This document shows, in pieces, positions 25,825 to 32,000 of a DNA stretch of 32,000 bases. The translations under genes and the position numbers were made by a program. Source of the stretch: Nanoarchaeum equitans Kin4-M (GTDB lineage Archaea > Nanobdellota > Nanobdellia > Nanobdellales > Nanoarchaeaceae); contig AE017199.1 of NCBI GenBank assembly GCA_000008085.1, forward strand, positions 30,001 through 62,000, written 5' to 3'. Every line of letters starts with the position of its first letter. Within the stretch, counting starts at the first letter, position 1. Below the pieces are notes generated by a model. The model saw nothing but the letters and a program-made list of their open reading frames with translations. It ran no database searches and was not told where the DNA came from.

Positions 25825-26691
25825 ATGTGGATATTTATTGTTTATGCGATAGCCCTTTATGTATTGTTAAAAAAGTGGGTTAACTATAGTATAGAAAAAA
25901 ATTTGTATGGAATAGACAAACATAAAAACATAAAGGTTGGGGAAAGCGCTGGTACAGTTATTGGCATTCTATTTTCTTTGGTTTTGGCATGGTTAGGTTA
26001 TTATAAAATGGCCTTTGCTTCTCTATTGGCAACATTTTTAGGGTATTTAGATGATACATTGGTTTTTTCGCAAAAAACCAAACTAGTATTGCCTGTCCTA
26101 ATTTTAATACCTTTCCATTTCTTTGATTTTAATATTCTCTACATTTTATTTATGATATTTTCTTTCAATATATTTAACATATTCGCTGGATATAACGGTT
26201 TAGAGAGTGGGACCGCATTATTGTATGGGCTAACATTAACATTATATTTTTATGGATCTGATCTGTTTACAATAGCACTATTGTTTAGTTTATCCTCCCT
26301 TATTTTGTATTTATTTAACAGATATCCCGCTAAGCTATTTGTTGGGGATAGCTTTACATATTTCGCGGGCACAGTTATAGGGCTATTAACTATAAATACG
26401 CACAATTTTGTAATGTATTTAACTTATTTACCTTTAGTAATACATTTCTTATTGTATATTAAATCCTATATCGACAAAGGAAAGAGCACAAGCGCTTTTG
26501 CGAAAGTGAAAGATAATTGTTTATATTATGATGAAAAACCCTATCATCTTACCCAATTAATAATAAAGCTTTTACAAAAAAGAATAAAATGCATTAGAGA
26601 AGATTATGTTGTGGCGGTTGCTTTAACTATTATAGCAATCAATAATATAGTTTGGTTGTTGTTAGCAAAATTTTTAAATATACCATTCTAG
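25825..26691 (+). CDS. UDP-GlcNAc:polyprenyl-phosphate GlcNAc-1-P transferase-like (MraY/WecA/Alg7 family)
   Basis: FLGYLDD, NIFNIFAGYNGLESG, AKLFVGDSFTYFAGTVIG. Confidence 0.85.
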   Translation: MWIFIVYAIALYVLLKKWVNYSIEKNLYGIDKHKNIKVGESAGTVIGILFSLVLAWLGYYKMAFASLLATFLGYLDDTLVFSQKTKLVLPVLILIPFHFFDFNILYILFMIFSFNIFNIFAGYNGLESGTALLYGLTLTLYFYGSDLFTIALLFSLSSLILYLFNRYPAKLFVGDSFTYFAGTVIGLLTINTHNFVMYLTYLPLVIHFLLYIKSYIDKGKSTSAFAKVKDNCLYYDEKPYHLTQLIIKLLQKRIKCIREDYVVAVALTIIAINNIVWLLLAKFLNIPF

Positions 26692-26697
26692 GTTTCG

Positions 26698-26818
26698 TGG
26701 GAGGGCCATAGCGGCCCGGGAACCACCCGTACCCATCTCGAACACGGAAGTTAAGCCGGGCCGCGTCCCGAGTGGTACTGCCCCGCGAAGGGGTGGGAAG
26801 CTCGGGATGCCCTCCCGC
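26698..26818 (+). rRNA. rrf: 5S rRNA
   Basis: Terminal stem GGGAGGGC.../GCCCTCCC. Conserved ACCCATCTCGAACACGGAAGTTAAGCC and GGGTGGGAAGCTCGGGA. Ends +/- 2 nt. Confidence 0.95.
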
Positions 26819-28431
26819 TATCTATATTTTACAAAATAAGATAAAACGCTCGCTAAAAATAGAACAGAAGTTTTAATGTTGATATAAATTCCCACACTAA
26901 GCAATGCGCCAATAATTATTAACAACAAATCTAATCCTCCTCCTTGTCCTACCAATAAACTTAACTTAAACATTAAAACATAAGGAATAATGTTTAGCAA
27001 TATTATTGGGATATACCAGCTTTCCTCTAAATAAGGAATTAAATATATGAAATGGCTCGCCATTAACAAATAATGCCCCGCTATTGCATACAAATATTGA
27101 GTAGATAATTCTAAATTAGTTAAAGAAACTAACCCAACTAACAATAAAGAGCTAACAAAAAATCTATTTTTATCGCCAAATGATTCATAATATAGAATAA
27201 ACAAAACCGAAATCAAAAATGCGGTTGCTATCAAAATAATAAAAGAGCTGGCAGAAAAGTATAATAGAACCAAACTTAAAACTAAATAGAATACTAAAGC
27301 AGCATTGCTTTTTGATAATTCTTCAAAAAGCTGGCCCATTGTTATAGAAAATATAAATAATAAAGCGGTTTTTTGAGACCACACTGGGGAAAGCAATTGC
27401 AATATATTGGCTATTTCATTATAATTAAAATTGTCCATTTTTGGCATTGTGAAAAATCCTAAAACTATGGATAGAACTAATAACAAAGCAGAAATAACCA
27501 AGGAATTTTCATGTTTGGATTTTGCTATAGTGATTATAGATGTAATAACATTAGCGATCCATAGTATAAATAAAGAAGAGCTATCTATTATTGTATAGCT
27601 TGTATCTCCCATTCTAATTAGAATAGGCAATAAAGTATCTACCAACAAAAAAGCTGGCAACAATATTGAAGAAGCTCTTGTAAAACCTAGCAAAAATATG
27701 GTAAAAAACAAATATAAGGATAATGCTTGTATTATTGGGAAAGGTAAATGCAAAGCATTTAGTAGTATAAACAATATAGTAAACAAACCAAACCCTATGA
27801 AATAACCAATAGCGTTTCCTATTCTTTTCCCTACATAATATATGAAAGAGCCCATAAGTAATGCAAATAGTATAGACCTTACTATTGGGACTGGAGCTAG
27901 TTTTATATAAAAATCCCCGTAAAGGGTTTTGAATGCATTATCTAACACACAAAAAGGAGGAGTTTGTATAACTTGTTCTAAGGGTGTTTTTATTTTATAT
28001 AATTTATGATAACAATAACCGTTTTCGACTTTTTCACAATAATTATATATAGAAGGATAACCGCTTTTTATATAATAGTATGTTTTACAATCCAAGTTAG
28101 CTAAATTAAATAAAGTATTCTCAAAGCTATGCTTAGCATACAATAGTTTAGCATAATTGCATTCATCTAGTAATAAAATTTTATATGACGCATTTTCTAA
28201 TGAGGGTTTTAACCCATTGTATGGCACTAACAAATATATACTATCCTTATTTTGATAGAAAGCGAAATAATCATAAGGTATTTTGAATGTTACTTTAAAG
28301 GTTTTATCTTTTTTGTTGTATTCGCATCCAATTACAGGGCCTTTAAGTTTATTGCAATCAAAATATTCATTTTTTTCTAATTTTATTGTAATATTAAGGG
28401 TTTTTTCTTTTACATCGAAATTACAAATCAT
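26818..28431 (-). CDS. large multi-spanning membrane protein of unknown function
   Basis: 537-aa ORF with soluble N-terminal region and many TM segments. Confidence 0.7.
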   Translation of the reverse strand: MICNFDVKEKTLNITIKLEKNEYFDCNKLKGPVIGCEYNKKDKTFKVTFKIPYDYFAFYQNKDSIYLLVPYNGLKPSLENASYKILLLDECNYAKLLYAKHSFENTLFNLANLDCKTYYYIKSGYPSIYNYCEKVENGYCYHKLYKIKTPLEQVIQTPPFCVLDNAFKTLYGDFYIKLAPVPIVRSILFALLMGSFIYYVGKRIGNAIGYFIGFGLFTILFILLNALHLPFPIIQALSLYLFFTIFLLGFTRASSILLPAFLLVDTLLPILIRMGDTSYTIIDSSSLFILWIANVITSIITIAKSKHENSLVISALLLVLSIVLGFFTMPKMDNFNYNEIANILQLLSPVWSQKTALLFIFSITMGQLFEELSKSNAALVFYLVLSLVLLYFSASSFIILIATAFLISVLFILYYESFGDKNRFFVSSLLLVGLVSLTNLELSTQYLYAIAGHYLLMASHFIYLIPYLEESWYIPIILLNIIPYVLMFKLSLLVGQGGGLDLLLIIIGALLSVGIYINIKTSVLFLASVLSYFVKYR

Positions 28432-29030
28432 ATGAAATCTGTTAGTTTTTTGTTTATTTCAAAGGGCCATTTCTTTCTTATATAAGGTTTTAATATTCTA
28501 TAATATTGTTCCAAAGCTTTTCTAGTTCTTTTATCTGAAGGATAACCAGAACCAAAATCTATACCAGTTTGTTCTTTTATTTTTTCTATTTCTCTATCTC
28601 TTATAACTTTTGCTACAATAGATGCTGCTGCAACTAATGGGTCTTCTTCTCCTTTATTTTTGGTAATAATTTTTACCCTCTTTTTCAAATATTTCAAAAT
28701 CCTTAGTTTATAATTTTCAGGTCTTTCTGGAGAATCAATAACTATATGGGATATTTCGTCCTCAATACTATTAATTAAGTTCGCTGTTACCTTCGCTTCA
28801 AGTTCATTTAAGTTATATCTATCTATTAAAGAAGGGCTAACTATTTCGTATTTTACTAAGCTATTTTTGACTATCTCATTAAATAGTTCTTCTCTTTGTT
28901 CTTTTGTTAATAGTTTAGAATCTTTTACTCCCAATTCTTTTAAGTATCCAGAATCTCCAATAACTAAAGCAATAACCATTGGCCCAATAATTGGACCCCT
29001 CCCTGCTTCGTCAACTCCTCCATATCGCAT
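28428..29030 (-). CDS. rnhB: ribonuclease HII
   Basis: YGGVDEAGRGPIIGPMVIALV, VGVKDSKLLT-type motif, VAAASIVAKVIRDREIE, GSGYPSDKRT. Confidence 0.96.
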   Translation of the reverse strand: MRYGGVDEAGRGPIIGPMVIALVIGDSGYLKELGVKDSKLLTKEQREELFNEIVKNSLVKYEIVSPSLIDRYNLNELEAKVTANLINSIEDEISHIVIDSPERPENYKLRILKYLKKRVKIITKNKGEEDPLVAAASIVAKVIRDREIEKIKEQTGIDFGSGYPSDKRTRKALEQYYRILKPYIRKKWPFEINKKLTDFI

Positions 29031-29961
29031 ATTCGTATAAAACTATATCATTCCTTTTATATATTATAGTGCCTTTTTTGTATTCAATATAATCCAAATC
29101 CTCGGCAATTATCCAATCCTTCTTATTATATAAGTATTGGTATATTTCAAACAAAGAGCCCTGGTACCTTGGACTAACATGTATAAAAACTAACAATTTA
29201 GAGTTGCTTTCATCCCTTATTCTAAAAGCGTCGCTAATTGTGGAATGGTAATGCTCGATAGCTTTATCTTTGTCTTTATCTAAAAAAGCCAATTCGTGAA
29301 ATATTATATCGCTATCTCTAGCAAAATCTATGAATTGCTCTCTAAAAAGGGTATCTGTTATTAAAGTAAACTTTAAGCCTTTTTGTATATAAGTAAACTC
29401 TTTAGGGTCTAATGTTATACCATTTATTGTTACGGATTTGCCTTCTTTTAGTTTGGCCAATTTAGGGTTAGATCTTATATTGTATTTAGCTAATTTCTCT
29501 TTATTTATTTTTATTTTGTCCTTTTCTTTGAAAGAATAGGCCAAAACTGGTACTTGGTGTATGCCATAGATAGATTCTATATAAAAAGGCCCAAAATCTA
29601 TTTTGGTTTCGCCAATCTCTTTTATTTTTAACGGGAAATTTATATTTATAGCGAAGCTATCTATAATTTTTTCTATAACTTCTTTAATGCCTTTAGGTCC
29701 AAAAATTGTTAACTCTCTATTATAATCTTGGTTTGACAAACTTAATAGAATTCCTGGTAAGCCCAAAATGTGGTCTCCATGTATATGGGTTAGAAATATA
29801 TAATCTATTTGGGTAGGAGATAAATTTAACAAACGCATTTGCCTTTGTGTATTTTCTCCAGCATCAAATAAAATGCCCTTTCCCATATAGTTAACAAAAA
29901 TAGAAAGGGTTTGTCTATATTTTGTAGGCATGTTCCCCCCAGTTCCCAATATATAAATCAT
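29011..29961 (-). CDS. rnz: ribonuclease Z (tRNase Z)
   Basis: LGTGGNMPTKYRQTLSI, LFDAGENTQRQ, IFLTHIHGDHILGLPG, ITDTLF, HSTISDAFRI. Confidence 0.95.
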   Translation of the reverse strand: MIYILGTGGNMPTKYRQTLSIFVNYMGKGILFDAGENTQRQMRLLNLSPTQIDYIFLTHIHGDHILGLPGILLSLSNQDYNRELTIFGPKGIKEVIEKIIDSFAININFPLKIKEIGETKIDFGPFYIESIYGIHQVPVLAYSFKEKDKIKINKEKLAKYNIRSNPKLAKLKEGKSVTINGITLDPKEFTYIQKGLKFTLITDTLFREQFIDFARDSDIIFHELAFLDKDKDKAIEHYHSTISDAFRIRDESNSKLLVFIHVSPRYQGSLFEIYQYLYNKKDWIIAEDLDYIEYKKGTIIYKRNDIVLYEYAIWRS

Positions 29962-29996
29962 AGAAACCTTTATAAATTAAGTTTAAATTCTATCAG

Positions 29997-30233
29997 ATGA
30001 TGCTATTACAAACAGAGAAGGCCCTTAGACTATTGGAACAATATAATACCATAACTATCTTAGTTCCTAGGGAATACACTAAATCCAAAATAAAAGAATT
30101 CTTTGAGAAAAAAGGCTACAAAGTTAAAAAAGTTAACACTTTAATAACAAAGAAAGGGCTAAAAAAGGCATATGTCAGATTTAAAGAGGAAGGTGTAGCT
30201 AGAAAAGTAGCCGAAGAGTTGGGAGGTTTATAA
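29997..30233 (+). CDS. rpl23: 50S ribosomal protein uL23
   Basis: TEKALRLLEQYNTITILVPREYTKSKIKEFFEKKGYKVKKVNTLITKKGLKKAYVRF. Confidence 0.93.
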   Translation: MMLLQTEKALRLLEQYNTITILVPREYTKSKIKEFFEKKGYKVKKVNTLITKKGLKKAYVRFKEEGVARKVAEELGGL

Positions 30234-30254
30234 ATTTTTAGTTTTCAATATTTA

Positions 30255-30470
30255 ATGGATTGGAAAGACCTATTAAAAGAAAAAGATCCAAATTTGTTTT
30301 TGGCCTTGCAATCTCTATTAGAAGAAGTAAAGGAATATAAAGATATTTATTTAAAAGCAAAAAACCCCTCAATAGCACAATTATGGATAGCTTTAGCTAT
30401 TTTATATAAAAAGCATTCTAAAAAGAAGAAAAAAGAAACAATCCCTAAGGATTTGGAGGAAAAATTTTAG
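30255..30470 (+). CDS. small hypothetical protein
   Basis: 71-aa charged ORF directly downstream of rpl23. Confidence 0.5.
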   Translation: MDWKDLLKEKDPNLFLALQSLLEEVKEYKDIYLKAKNPSIAQLWIALAILYKKHSKKKKKETIPKDLEEKF

Positions 30471-31049
30471 CTATAATTGAGAACAAAAAGTAAGGCGCAA
30501 AAGGATAACCATCTCTTATTGGAATACTAATATTTGTTTGTTTTAGTTTATTCAAGAGCTTTTTATTTAAAATAGGTTTTTTGTATACTTTATCCCAAAC
30601 TATTGTGCCTTCTACTATATCGCCCTCTTCCAAATAATCAGGTTTTACCATTATTATTTTGTTTTTTAGTGTGCCTTTGAAATAATAGAATAATGCTAAC
30701 ATAGTAATTAAAATTCGAAACAAAATGCTTTTGTAAAATAGTATTAGGAATAACCATATTTTATTTATGTTAACTAATACATACCACATATACAAATACA
30801 AACCGTAAATATTGTTTATTCCTATTGGAGAATAAAACGAATAGGCAATTGCTAAATAATAATCCCCTATGGCGAATAGTTTAGCCTTTGTTGCTATGTA
30901 AAATAAAATTGCTGTAACTATTGCTAAACCGATTCTAAACCAATTGTTAGTAACTATATTATATAATAGCATTGTCACTATATATAAATCTACTGACTCG
31001 CTAATTGTTACTTTTTTCTTTATATCTGTTATTGTATAAAGAAGAAAAG

Positions 31050-31065
<16 letters not shown>
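30445..31065 (-). CDS. divergent prepilin/preflagellin peptidase-like (A24) membrane protein
   Basis: LLYTITDIKKKVTISE (first-Asp motif), LFAIGDYYLAIAYSF (GxGD-like), YPFAPYFLFSIIAKIF near the C-terminus. Tentative. Confidence 0.55.

Positions 31066-32000
<935 letters not shown>

Overview
AT-rich, very compact 32 kb archaeal window with overlapping genes. GC islands mark the stable RNAs. It looks like the nanoarchaeon Nanoarchaeum equitans or a near-identical relative. The strongest clue is the C-terminally complete ORF at the right edge (31786..32000, minus; not in the supplied track). It ends ...[71 protein letters not shown] style (residues from AGFQ onward are inside the window), which I recognise from memory as the N-terminal half of the N. 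equitans split DNA polymerase intein. I could not run a search. Protein content: a cluster of membrane-anchored surface proteins, L37Ae, an Sm-like protein, TBP, a PAP2/polyprenol-kinase-like fusion, M32 carboxypeptidase, a probable S26e, Bud32, an N-terminal topoisomerase I half, an E1-like protein, radical SAM and FNR-like proteins, aRF1, a TrmA/RlmD-type methyltransferase, a PsiE-like protein, CysRS, Cdc6/Orc1, uS12, a PIN-ATPase-KH protein, a GlcNAc-1-P-transferase-like protein, RNase HII, RNase Z, uL23, a divergent prepilin-peptidase-like protein and a UPF0282 MBL-fold protein. RNA content: tRNA-Ala(CGC), tRNA-Gly(UCC), tRNA-Cys(GCA), 5S rRNA, an orphan 5' half of a trans-spliced tRNA-Met(CAU), and three C/D-box sRNAs that share one exact 49-nt geometry (7-12-4-3-7-12-4). 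One sRNA is fused to tRNA-Gly and shares its discriminator base. Another overlaps the 3' ends of two convergent protein genes. Several of these phenomena (split tRNAs, split topoisomerase, split intein) are already described for N. equitans, so the novelty lies mainly in the specific arrangements.
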